From: a virus
DNA length: 64,000 nucleotides
Reading direction: 5' to 3' (one strand)
IMG/VR virus record: IMGVR_UViG_3300010412_000019
Span: 5,521-69,520 of that record
Positions 30,859-39,610 of the stretch are shown here, in pieces (position 1 is the first letter of the stretch; every line of letters starts with the position of its first letter). The translations under genes and the position numbers were made by a program. The notes under the pieces were generated by a model, which had not been told where the DNA came from, made no database searches, and saw only the letters and a list, made by a program, of their open reading frames with translations.

Positions 30859-30950
30859 TGGTTGTCGTGCTAGGATTCGAACCTAGACCATCCGCTAATC
30901 TGGCGGGAACAGGGTATAAGCCTGCTGTGCTACCTTTACACCACACGACA
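30859..30950 (-). tRNA. tRNA-Ile(UAU) with long variable arm
   Basis: Loop CT-TAT-AC, TTCGAAT T-loop, ccgc/gcgg variable arm, encoded CCA. Confidence 0.85.
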
Positions 30951-30956
30951 ATAAAC

Positions 30957-31027
30957 TGGTAGTGATACTTGGTAACGCTCCAAGCTGATCTGGCTTATGA
31001 AACCTGACTGGTCCTTGACCTATCACT
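30957..31027 (-). tRNA. atypical tRNA (CAU; Met or Ile2)
   Basis: Loop TT-CAT-AA, minimal D-arm, AGCGTTA T-loop, 7-bp acceptor plus ACCA. Confidence 0.7.
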
Positions 31028-31498
31028 ATTAAACCACTTTGGGGTCTCTCTGTTTTTCCAAGTCGCAATGTGTGCCTTTGCGACCTGATAGTATTTACGA
31101 TATGCTGAAACAGCATCACCTTCAACTTTGCATTCATCAGGCATACACTGTGGAAACGGTGTCAGACCAACGTTAGGCAATTCTGGTACGTTACCTAGTG
31201 CAATTGCTTTTTCTGCAAAGGTCTTGTGCGTCTTACCATATCTATGCGTGTATTCATGGCACAATTCAACGAATAGTCTGTAAGCCCATTCATAATTAGC
31301 CTTCGATTCACGCACCCACTTTGCACACGGATGATTGGTATGCGTCTTACGATAAAGCAACGGCGCTATTGGCGACTCTGCTACATGGTGTGCTGTGGAT
31401 AAAAGTTGCGCCGTTTCGACAATCATTTTTACAACATGACGGTCATTGTGAAGCTTGGCAGCAACATCCGGGTTTTCGTCAAGTATGAATATGTTCAT
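30995..31498 (-). CDS. pyrimidine dimer DNA glycosylase (DenV-like family)
   Basis: MNIFILD..P..AA..H.D.HVVKMI.E.AQLLST.H, H.NHPC..W.R.S..NY, AYR.YY motifs. Confidence 0.85.
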   Translation of the reverse strand: MNIFILDENPDVAAKLHNDRHVVKMIVETAQLLSTAHHVAESPIAPLLYRKTHTNHPCAKWVRESKANYEWAYRLFVELCHEYTHRYGKTHKTFAEKAIALGNVPELPNVGLTPFPQCMPDECKVEGDAVSAYRKYYQVAKAHIATWKNRETPKWFNSDRSRTSQVS

Positions 31499-31505
31499 GC
31501 GGCGA

Positions 31506-32597
31506 TTATACCACAAAGTCACTCGCCACGGCAAGGGCTTCTTTAATCGCTACATCCATGTCTATGTACCTGTATGACCCCAACCTGCCGAGAAATGTCA
31601 CATGACGAATTTTGGCAGCCAACTCTTCATACTGCCTCAATTGTTCTTTTTCATCCACTAGACGAATCGGGTAAAACGGAGTGTCTTTTTCACCACACTC
31701 TCTGCTAAACTCTTTGTGGATGATTGTGTTGTCATGATTCTCCCATGGTGCAAAGTGCTTGTGTTCAACAATGCGCGTCCATGGTACTTGAAGGTTAGCG
31801 TAATTCATGACAGCCACCCCTTGATAATCGTTTTGGTGTTTCTCAAATTGAAAATCAAGCGTTCTGTAGGCTAGTCTTCCATACTTGTAGCCAAAATAAG
31901 CATCAAGCGGGCCGGTCCAAAACGTATGATCGTACCCAGCTTTAACGAAGGAGTCAACGGGGGTATTGAGAAAGACCCTGATATTGTCATGGTCAAGCAT
32001 TCTCTGAACTACCTTCGTATAACCATCTTCGGGCATACCCTGAAAACGGTGGTAGAAATAGTTGTCATCGTAATTGAAACGAAATGGCAACCTGAGTATG
32101 ATATGTGCTGGCAAGTCTCGCGGATGGCGATCCCATTGCTTCATCGTATACTCTTCGATGAAGTAGGCATACATCTTTGAACCGACCAGCTTGATTGCTT
32201 GCTCTTCCATATTCTTCGGCTCTATGATTCCCTCGGTCTGACTGTTCAGGAATTCCCTAGCCTCAGACGGAGACATTGCTTTACCGAAAAACTGGTTGAT
32301 CGTGTGAAGATTGATCGGCAGACTGTACACCTCATCATCAAGTACACATTTGCACCTGTGAATATATGGGCGAAAGAAGCCGAATCGATTGATGAATGAC
32401 CACACCTCACGATTGTCTGTGTGGAAGATATGTGGCCCGTATTTGTGAATCATGATGCCATCCTCACGCTCAGTATGACACATACCAGCTACATGAGAAC
32501 GTGATTCATAAACATCAACGGCGATATTTCTTTCGGCAAGTTTTCTGGCGATTGTCGCACCAGACAGGCCTGCCCCGATCACTGCTACTGTTTTCAT
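31506..32597 (-). CDS. glf: UDP-galactopyranose mutase
   Basis: GAGLSG, HKYGPHIFHT, YTMKQW, TRIVEHKHF, GRLGSYRY.DMD motifs. Confidence 0.95.
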   Translation of the reverse strand: MKTVAVIGAGLSGATIARKLAERNIAVDVYESRSHVAGMCHTEREDGIMIHKYGPHIFHTDNREVWSFINRFGFFRPYIHRCKCVLDDEVYSLPINLHTINQFFGKAMSPSEAREFLNSQTEGIIEPKNMEEQAIKLVGSKMYAYFIEEYTMKQWDRHPRDLPAHIILRLPFRFNYDDNYFYHRFQGMPEDGYTKVVQRMLDHDNIRVFLNTPVDSFVKAGYDHTFWTGPLDAYFGYKYGRLAYRTLDFQFEKHQNDYQGVAVMNYANLQVPWTRIVEHKHFAPWENHDNTIIHKEFSRECGEKDTPFYPIRLVDEKEQLRQYEELAAKIRHVTFLGRLGSYRYIDMDVAIKEALAVASDFVV

Positions 32598-32638
32598 AAT
32601 TTATACTGAGTTTATCCCAGTTTACCACGGTTTATGTT

Positions 32639-32725
32639 TGGCGGAGGACAGTGTACTCGAAACACAACCGTTTCCGATCCCACCGTTTAGCAAACGGGTC
32701 TGGTACCCTGACCAGTTTATCCTCC
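32639..32725 (-). tRNA. tRNA-Ser(GCU)
   Basis: Loop TT-GCT-AA, variable arm, GCCA end. Confidence 0.9.
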
Positions 32726-32729
32726 GTTG

Positions 32730-33701
32730 TTATTGCCAAGCAAGACACCCTTCACATTTGGTGCCCTTGATATTCTCTTCAATGTGTGCCTGTCGTATCT
32801 TCTGAAACTCTTCTGAGTTCCACGCTTCCATGAATGACTGGTTGTGCAGATTGCCAACGACAAATCGACCGTCAGCATCAAATCCGCAGAATGATACATC
32901 ACCATTTGCGCGAATATGACCTTCTGTAAACACGTTCCAGCATGGAATCGGCGGCACTTTGTTATCGGCGCGCCCCATATTACCTGCGGTTGGGTTCACA
33001 CCGATAATCTCTTGTTCGGACTGGCTTGCAACGTCACCCATAGAGTAAAGAGGCAACCAGTAATGCGAGTCTCTAGGACCCGTTAGAATTGAGTTTACCC
33101 AATCCACGATTTCTTGCATACGCTCACCTTGTTCGCCATCATAACGAATCGATGAAACAGAAATCATGCAATCATAACCACCTTCGTCACGAACCTTAAC
33201 AGCCGATTCAAGATTTCGAAGTGAGGCATCAAACAACGCCTCTTTCACACCCGTAATCTCTTTGAATCGTTCTCTGGTCGATGTGATGCTGAACTTCAAC
33301 GAATCAAGCCCAGCATCAAACAGACCCTTTGCAACTTCGGGAGTGCAACGTGATCCGTTTGTGGTCAGAAAGACGTAAGGAATCCCAATCTCTTTGGCAG
33401 CTTTACATGCCTGCATTGTCAATTCAGGATTCATCAAAGATTCACCCAGATAGAACAAACCGATTTCTTCAACCCCCGCATCGTACATTTCTTGCACGAT
33501 ACGCTTAAAGAATTCTAACTCCATACATTCCTTCATATTGGGCTGTTTGACACGCTGAGAAAGCGCACAAAACGAGCACCTATAGTTGCAGACGGGTGAG
33601 AGTTCAATCTTCACCGACTTCGGCGCAGGAATGACAGTGTTCAGATATTCACTCGGGATTTTGGTAATTCGGTCGATTCTAACTGTGATAGTGTCTTTCA
33701 T
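32730..33701 (-). CDS. radical SAM / SPASM protein
   Basis: CNYRCSFC; C-terminal C...G.V..C..D and CxxC. Confidence 0.9.
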   Translation of the reverse strand: MKDTITVRIDRITKIPSEYLNTVIPAPKSVKIELSPVCNYRCSFCALSQRVKQPNMKECMELEFFKRIVQEMYDAGVEEIGLFYLGESLMNPELTMQACKAAKEIGIPYVFLTTNGSRCTPEVAKGLFDAGLDSLKFSITSTRERFKEITGVKEALFDASLRNLESAVKVRDEGGYDCMISVSSIRYDGEQGERMQEIVDWVNSILTGPRDSHYWLPLYSMGDVASQSEQEIIGVNPTAGNMGRADNKVPPIPCWNVFTEGHIRANGDVSFCGFDADGRFVVGNLHNQSFMEAWNSEEFQKIRQAHIEENIKGTKCEGCLAWQ

Positions 33702-33932
33702 GATTTTCCCATATTGTATAGATCAATGCAAAAGAGGCATAATTGCTGAGAAGTATGCAAATGCAACAAGGGCGGTTGTGAAGCCCTGTACTACCATTCT
33801 AACTCTCATTGTAACTCTCCTATTTAACCTAGTTTAAAATGTATCACAAAAGACAACATTTAGTTTACTAACACGCAAAAAAATAAACTAACATTGCTGG
33901 TGTTAGTATGCAGCAAAATGTTAGTTTAGTGT

Positions 33933-34019
33933 TGGTACGGATAGTAGGACTTGCACCTACACGCCACGGGGGACACAGACTCTTGAGGACTGCGCGTCTA
34001 CTGATTCCGCCATATCCGC
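33933..34019 (-). tRNA. tRNA-Leu(CAA)
   Basis: Loop CT-CAA-GA, variable arm, CCA. Confidence 0.9.
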
Positions 34020-34024
34020 ATAAT

Positions 34025-34566
34025 TTAGCTACACGACCATTGCCATGGTCCGTATATCGGGTACCACAAGCTAACTGATCTTGGTGGTACAACAAATGTG
34101 TAATAGTTGTATTGATCACGAATGAAACAGCTAACGGGTCTGGGTAGTGTATTTGTTATTCTGACAATCGGCTGCCCATATGCATTCTGCCCCATTTGCG
34201 GGCCAACTTGTGCATCGGCAACAGTTGCAAACATCAGAAGCAACACAAGAAGTAGTTTCTTCATTGATTGCTCCTTAGCCCCATGATTCGGTTTCTCTCA
34301 TCTTCAAGAAACTCAAGCTGGCGCTGCCTTGCTTCGTAATCCATTTCCTCATCAACGGTCAGATCATGACCTTCTTCAATCAGCTTTTTATATGAGCGAA
34401 CATGGTACTCAATCATATCATATTGAAGATTGATGTACTGGCGCTCAGATATTTCTCGGTGCATGTACCGAGTATCGATCCACATTGCTGTGGTCGCTAC
34501 CATCGCTAGAAGAGGCGTGGCAGCAATAACGGCATGCCACCATTTTGAAATGTTTACGGTGATCAT
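34025..34566 (-). CDS. two hypothetical proteins (secreted 34025-34264; membrane-anchored 34261-34566)
   Basis: Signal peptide; TM plus coiled coil; cTAAATA late-like motif just upstream. Confidence 0.6.
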
Positions 34567-34579
34567 GCCATTATTTAGC

Positions 34580-34662
34580 TGGTACGGGTAGTAGGCTTCG
34601 AACCTACACTCCTAAGAACAGGGGCTTAAATCCTGCGCGTCTGCCAATTCCGCCATACCCGC
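34580..34662 (-). tRNA. tRNA-Leu(UAA)
   Basis: Loop TT-TAA-GC, CCA. Confidence 0.9.
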
Positions 34663-34668
34663 AAAAGT

Positions 34669-34754
34669 TGGTACCCTCCACAGGACTTGCACCTGCACGC
34701 CACTGGGACACGGACTTCTAAGGACCGCGCGTCTACTAATTCCGCCAAGAGGGC
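34669..34754 (-). tRNA. tRNA-Leu(UAG)
   Basis: Loop CT-TAG-AA, CCA. Confidence 0.9.
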
Positions 34755-34763
34755 ATAGACTAT

Positions 34764-34949
34764 TTAAGCGTGAAGTTCGAACTTATGGGTATCTTCGATC
34801 TTCTCAACCACTTTCTTTTCGCCAGCTTCAAGACCAATCTTCGCAATGAAGTAGATTCCGACGAATGGAAGAGCGATTGCATACGCTAAACCAATAAAAG
34901 GTGAGACTAGAAATAATGCAATATTCTTCATACGTGTTAACACTGTCAT
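34764..34949 (-). CDS. small membrane protein, probably host-derived
   Basis: KNIALFLVSPFIGLAYAIALPFVG; AAGGAG RBS. Confidence 0.7.
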   Translation of the reverse strand: MTVLTRMKNIALFLVSPFIGLAYAIALPFVGIYFIAKIGLEAGEKKVVEKIEDTHKFELHA

Positions 34950-35115
34950 TCTCCTTGAAAGGTATACCCACCCTATGGAGATGCAAGAATCGTGCTAACT
35001 TATTGCCGTTATAAATCAGTGACTTATAACGCTATTTCTCACCCATTGTACATTTTTTCTGTACATCATACAGGTATTTCTCAATTAATTCAATGACTTA
35101 ACCTGTATATTTTTT

Positions 35116-35189
35116 TGGTAGCAGGTGCGGTACTGCCCCGCATTCTCAGACTTATCAGGTCTGTGTTTTACTGTTTAAACTAGCCTGCT
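35116..35189 (-). tRNA. tRNA-Ile(GAU)
   Basis: Loop CT-GAT-AA, divergent T-loop GGCAGTA, CCA. Confidence 0.85.
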
Positions 35190-35196
35190 ATGAATT

Positions 35197-35271
35197 TGGT
35201 TGCGGGAGTGGGGATCGAACCCACGATCTTTAGCTTATGAGGCTAACGAGATACCTCTTCTCCATCCCGCG
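35197..35271 (-). tRNA. tRNA-fMet(CAU)-like
   Basis: CGCGGG 5' end, C1:A72 mismatch, loop CT-CAT-AA. Confidence 0.88.
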
Positions 35272-35383
35272 ATAATTCTTACTCTGACGCCGTTCAAGTA
35301 CGCCTCACTCGGTGCGAGTAACACCTAGCTACGTTTCGCAGTAGCGCGGTGGGCTCAAGATTCACTCAGCCCGTAATCCATCC

Positions 35384-35413
35384 ATTATATAGTAGGTTTC
35401 TGGTGTATGTCAA
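35384..35413 (-). promoter_or_regulatory. sigma70 promoter
   Basis: TTGACA-18-TATAAT. Confidence 0.75.
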
Positions 35414-35475
35414 CAACTTTTTTAGGAAAACCACTTGGTGTTATATATACCTATAACACCACCAAGGAGACACAA

Positions 35476-35691
35476 ATGAAATTTCTAGAAGTTCTCGGTC
35501 TTACTTTTCTAGTCATGTTGGCTATCATTCTCGTACCGCTCAGCCTTGCAATTGGGCTAAAGATTCTTGAAGTAGCACTTGGTCTCCTGATCGCCACAAT
35601 CGCTTTGCTGATTCCTCTCGCAATTCTGGCTGTACCCTTTTCTCTGCTCTTTCTGTTCTTTCGATGGGTGTACAGAAAGCTTAGACAATAA
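35476..35691 (+). CDS. small hydrophobic membrane protein, antisense to the array
   Basis: AAGGAG RBS before MKFLEV; two TM segments and a basic tail. Confidence 0.75.
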   Translation: MKFLEVLGLTFLVMLAIILVPLSLAIGLKILEVALGLLIATIALLIPLAILAVPFSLLFLFFRWVYRKLRQ

Positions 35692-35767
35692 TGGCGTTAC
35701 TGGACGGACTTGAACCGACATTCCCCAGCTTGAGAGGCTGGTCGCCTAACCATTAGCAGACAGTAAC
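35692..35767 (-). tRNA. tRNA-Glu(CUC)
   Basis: Loop CT-CTC-AA, CCA. Confidence 0.88.
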
Positions 35768-35768
35768 G

Positions 35769-36722
35769 TTAACCTGAAATGCAGTGCTTACAAATTGGGT
35801 TCTCAGCATACCCACCGCGAAAATGAAGGGCGCGCAATGCGTTCATCTTCTCACTGTTCCAAGCTTGATAAATCGTGTCAGTATCGACATGGCCAATTGG
35901 CATCAACTGACCTGAAAATGTGCAACATGGCAGAATATCACCATTTGCGCCTATCACAACTTGCTTGAATGGAAAACTGCATTTGAATTCAGCCCCATCT
36001 TCAAGCGACCCCGACTCATAGCCGGGTACACCATGTCTTCGCTGAAACCCGATTGAGTCAGCAACCCAACTCCAACTGGCCATAAAGTCTTCCGACTCAT
36101 GTTGGTTGATTTCAGTCTCTAGGAAGTTGACTCGCAACTTCGGGAAATTACCAGCACCGCGAATCTCCAGAAATCGATGAATGTTCTCAACGATTCGGTT
36201 GAAATGCTTGCTGTGGCGAATCTTCAAAAATGTCTCAGGTGTCGTTGCATCTAGGCTCACCATCAACTTGCTCAGACCCGCATCGATCAATCGGCGCGAC
36301 ATGTCTTCTGTCAGAAGCAACCCATTGGTCGCAAAGTAGACATTCAGTACACCTTTCGATTTCGCATATTTGATGTACTCTGGTAAATCCTTGTTCAAAA
36401 GTGGCTCATTGATGTGGTTGAGTTTGATGCTACACAGCCCGTACTCAGCACTTTCATCGATCACCTTCTTGAACTTATCAAAGGTCAAAAACCGCTTTTC
36501 GACCTTCTCCTTTCCGTGCGTACAAAATGAGCATTTCATCTGGCAGGTGCTATTCAGTCCGAAATCTATCTGAACAGGAAAGTCACCACACTCAAGATTT
36601 GAAGCCGCATTGTATTTGCGTCTGAATTCGTACCAACGATCCAACTCTAGTGTATTCGGCGGGTCTTCAAAAAACGCACGGTTTGTCACCGCCGTCATTT
36701 CTGTCTTACGAAATATTTTCAT
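35769..36722 (-). CDS. radical SAM / SPASM protein
   Basis: CQMKCSFC; CSFPF...NGDILPCC...CKHC. Confidence 0.9.
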   Translation of the reverse strand: MKIFRKTEMTAVTNRAFFEDPPNTLELDRWYEFRRKYNAASNLECGDFPVQIDFGLNSTCQMKCSFCTHGKEKVEKRFLTFDKFKKVIDESAEYGLCSIKLNHINEPLLNKDLPEYIKYAKSKGVLNVYFATNGLLLTEDMSRRLIDAGLSKLMVSLDATTPETFLKIRHSKHFNRIVENIHRFLEIRGAGNFPKLRVNFLETEINQHESEDFMASWSWVADSIGFQRRHGVPGYESGSLEDGAEFKCSFPFKQVVIGANGDILPCCTFSGQLMPIGHVDTDTIYQAWNSEKMNALRALHFRGGYAENPICKHCISG

Positions 36723-36761
36723 TACCAGCGAATATATCTTTTCATTCTTGGAGAAAGCGAA

Positions 36762-36962
36762 TCAACTATTCTTCCTTATCCAATCATCAACGGCTTTATC
36801 CCATTTTTGAGTTTTCTTAGACTCCAATCCAGAAAGTGATCGATCAGATTTTCTACCACCACCCTTGATGAACTTGTTCTTTCCAGAATGAACATCAGGG
36901 GTATTCCAAGAATCTAAATTGTTTTTTCGCGTAAGGTCGCTTTTGCGTTTATTCATACTCAT
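36762..36962 (-). CDS. hypothetical basic protein
   Basis: 66 aa ORF. Confidence 0.45.
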   Translation of the reverse strand: MSMNKRKSDLTRKNNLDSWNTPDVHSGKNKFIKGGGRKSDRSLSGLESKKTQKWDKAVDDWIRKNS

Positions 36963-36999
36963 ATATGAAGTTTACCACAAAAATGATTGTTATGTCAAT

Positions 37000-37074
37000 T
37001 GGCAGCCCCGGCTGGATTTGCACCAGCATCACTCGGGTCAGAGCCGAGTATTCTGACTGTTGAACTACAGGGCA
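37000..37074 (-). tRNA. tRNA-Gln(CUG)
   Basis: Loop CT-CTG-AC, CCA. Confidence 0.9.
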
Positions 37075-37080
37075 ATAATT

Positions 37081-37157
37081 TGGGGTGATTGGTGGGAATT
37101 GCACCCACATAATACGGGTCACAGCCGTACACATTTACTTCCTCTGCCACAATCACC
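37081..37157 (-). tRNA. tRNA-His(GUG)
   Basis: Loop CT-GTG-AC, G-1:C73. Confidence 0.9.
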
Positions 37158-37163
37158 ATTGTC

Positions 37164-37237
37164 TGGCAGCCCAGATAGGAATCGAACCTATACCTGACAG
37201 CTTCAAAGGCTGGTGCTCTACTTTAAGCTACTGGGCA
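37164..37237 (-). tRNA. tRNA-Gln(UUG)
   Basis: Loop CT-TTG-AA, CCA. Confidence 0.88.
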
Positions 37238-37238
37238 A

Positions 37239-37481
37239 TTATACGTTTACGTTTTTATCTAGGGCAACGGGTACTTCTACCTTGTGACTCATTGCCGATT
37301 CTTGCAGTTTGCGTAACTGGTAATTCTTCCAGCCATCGACACCAAGAGGAGCGCCAATAACAGCACTCGCTAGGATGATCCAAGAGTCCCCTGTAATTTT
37401 ATCAAACCATAGAAAAAAACTGGCAAGAAAAATTGTGATCAGTGGTAGAATAAACTTTATTTTTACTTCATCCATTTTCAT
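37239..37481 (-). CDS. small two-TM membrane protein (holin-like)
   Basis: Two hydrophobic helices separated by DKITGDSW. Confidence 0.55.
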   Translation of the reverse strand: MKMDEVKIKFILPLITIFLASFFLWFDKITGDSWIILASAVIGAPLGVDGWKNYQLRKLQESAMSHKVEVPVALDKNVNV

Positions 37482-37496
37482 AGGCGTCTTCTAAAT

Positions 37497-37568
37497 TGGT
37501 ACCTCGTCTAGGTAACGCTCCCAGCAGGTCAGCTTTGTAAGAGCCGACTGTGCCCTTGCACCCGAGGC
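37497..37568 (-). tRNA. atypical tRNA-Val(UAC)
   Basis: Loop CT-TAC-AA, minimal D-arm, AGCGTTA T-loop, ACCA. Confidence 0.75.
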
Positions 37569-37581
37569 ATAAAATCTGACA

Positions 37582-37657
37582 TTGGACACGGTGGACGGGG
37601 TTGCACCGTCATAACTGGGGTTGCAATCCAGCGCATTCCTGACTCTGCCACACCGTG
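37582..37657 (-). tRNA. tRNA-Cys(GCA)
   Basis: Loop TT-GCA-AC, U73, CCA. Confidence 0.9.
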
Positions 37658-39361
37658 TTATTTCTCTACCAAGTATAGCACGTTTTTATGCTTGATTACA
37701 AGCCCATCTAAAGCTGTATCATCTAGCACCTGAAACGCTTCTTTATACGTGTTCAATATTGGCTTTCTCGCCACATTAAAAGATGTATTCAACAATACAT
37801 TGCCATCAACATGGGTCAATAATTCATACATCAATTTCGTTTGTTTCTTATTGTTGACGACCTGCAATCTAGCAGTACCATCAACGTGCGTGATCGATTC
37901 ATATTTTTCTCTGTACTGTTCGCGCACCCAAACCGTGAACCCCATTACATCAAGATTGTCATAATGCGCCGCTTCGAAAATACGCTCGGCATCAACATCG
38001 CGGCACATGGGGGCAAATGGGCGATACCATTCACGATTCTTAATCACGTTGATTTTATCTTTCATGCCTTTTATCGAAGCATTTGCGATAATCGAACGGT
38101 TTCCTAAAGCACGTTTACCCAGTTCATGCGGGCCCTGCACAACTCCGAAAATCATACCAGCATTAAGTTTATCGGTGATTTTTCTAACGTCACGGACCTT
38201 CTGTACTTTTCGACCATTGCAAAACTCTTCGAAACGATCTTGGTCTTGAATCTCAATACCACCATAATTAAAGTTCTGTATCACATTCGGGCTCATATCT
38301 GCTCCCTGCAATGCAGCCGCAGAGAATAAAGCACCCAATACAATACCGCAATCATCCGGGTTAGGTGGGACGTAAACTTTTAGCCTAGGGAATCTTTCTT
38401 GTACAGCTTGATTGGCAATAACATTCAAACCACCGCCACCGGACAAGCACAAATTCCCACCACCTTCATTCACGATGAATTTCAAATAACGCTTTACTTG
38501 AGCGCATAGTTCATCAGTGAATGCGTTCTGAATCGCGCAGGCAATATTCGCCTGCTCCTCAAACGATAACTCTTTGTCTAATGTAGTCAAGAAACCAAAA
38601 CGTGCATTCCAATAAACAGTCTTGGCAATCTCACTCTTCATTGTTCCGTAGCTACTCAAGCCCATCAACTTACCAGCGAACCCATGGATGGCGTTCCACA
38701 TCAATCGATAGTTATCACCAACCCCACAATTATTGATAATGGGTAGATATCGACCAGCTTGGCCATAGAATGTGCATATTGACATTCTCTGATCGACTTT
38801 CTGTATGATATTAAGCTTTTTGATAAACTTGATAGGTTCTTTTCTATTGGCTGCAAGAAACAGCCCATTTGAACCCTTGTCACCATAACCATCGTTGACC
38901 ATCATTACTGCTTTTTCAAATGGTGATTGATAAAACGCACTGGCCGCATGTGACCTATGATGATCGAATGCTATGGTTTTTCTGACTCCATATGTTCTAG
39001 TCAGATAATCAGTGTATCTAAAAAACTTGTATGGAACCTTAACATCAAAATCTTCGAATTTATGGAACGTATTCACTTTCCATTTTCGTGCATATGAAGC
39101 ATCCCATGGACGGGCGAACAGATCAAAATCACGTATGCCCGTAATAGGGTATACGAAATCATGCATGGCCGTGTCAACATCTTCGAAGACCTTTTGGTCT
39201 TTGCCTTCTGTTACAAGCTTTCTGGTGTCATAAAACTTCTCACCGAATATCTTTTCAAATTCGAATATCCAGTATTTGTTCTGTTCAACAGAATAGACAC
39301 CTAGTGTAGTATCATGAGAGTCGGTAAATGATAAAATGTTCATACTGATATTTACCGACAT
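37658..39361 (-). CDS. carbamoyltransferase (NodU/CmcH family)
   Basis: HH.SHAASAFY.SPF, DGYGD, GKLMGL, RALGNRSI, REWYRPFAP, HVDGTARLQ, LNTSFN motifs. Confidence 0.93.
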   Translation of the reverse strand: MSVNISMNILSFTDSHDTTLGVYSVEQNKYWIFEFEKIFGEKFYDTRKLVTEGKDQKVFEDVDTAMHDFVYPITGIRDFDLFARPWDASYARKWKVNTFHKFEDFDVKVPYKFFRYTDYLTRTYGVRKTIAFDHHRSHAASAFYQSPFEKAVMMVNDGYGDKGSNGLFLAANRKEPIKFIKKLNIIQKVDQRMSICTFYGQAGRYLPIINNCGVGDNYRLMWNAIHGFAGKLMGLSSYGTMKSEIAKTVYWNARFGFLTTLDKELSFEEQANIACAIQNAFTDELCAQVKRYLKFIVNEGGGNLCLSGGGGLNVIANQAVQERFPRLKVYVPPNPDDCGIVLGALFSAAALQGADMSPNVIQNFNYGGIEIQDQDRFEEFCNGRKVQKVRDVRKITDKLNAGMIFGVVQGPHELGKRALGNRSIIANASIKGMKDKINVIKNREWYRPFAPMCRDVDAERIFEAAHYDNLDVMGFTVWVREQYREKYESITHVDGTARLQVVNNKKQTKLMYELLTHVDGNVLLNTSFNVARKPILNTYKEAFQVLDDTALDGLVIKHKNVLYLVEK

Positions 39362-39365
39362 AATT

Positions 39366-39440
39366 TGGTGGGTCCTCAGGGATTCGAACCCCGACCGTTC
39401 TGGTTAAGAGCCAGATGTACTGCCGTTATACGAAAGACCC
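39366..39440 (-). tRNA. tRNA-Lys(CUU)
   Basis: Loop CT-CTT-AA, CCA. Confidence 0.9.
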
Positions 39441-39444
39441 AAAT

Positions 39445-39520
39445 TGGCGGGTGTTCTAGGAATCGAACCTAGCTTCAACGGTTAACAGCCGTTTGCTTGC
39501 ACCAGACTAGCTACACACCC
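39445..39520 (-). tRNA. tRNA-Asn(GUU)
   Basis: Loop CT-GTT-AA, CCA. Confidence 0.9.
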
Positions 39521-39526
39521 ATTGTT

Positions 39527-39609
39527 TGGTGGCGCATTATAGAATCGAACTACTAGGTCGTAGACCTCCCGGGTTACAGCCGGTTAAGACTCCCACTTCT
39601 CGATACGCC
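39527..39609 (-). tRNA. tRNA-Tyr(GUA)
   Basis: Loop CT-GTA-AC, variable arm, CCA. Confidence 0.85.
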
Positions 39610-39610
39610 A

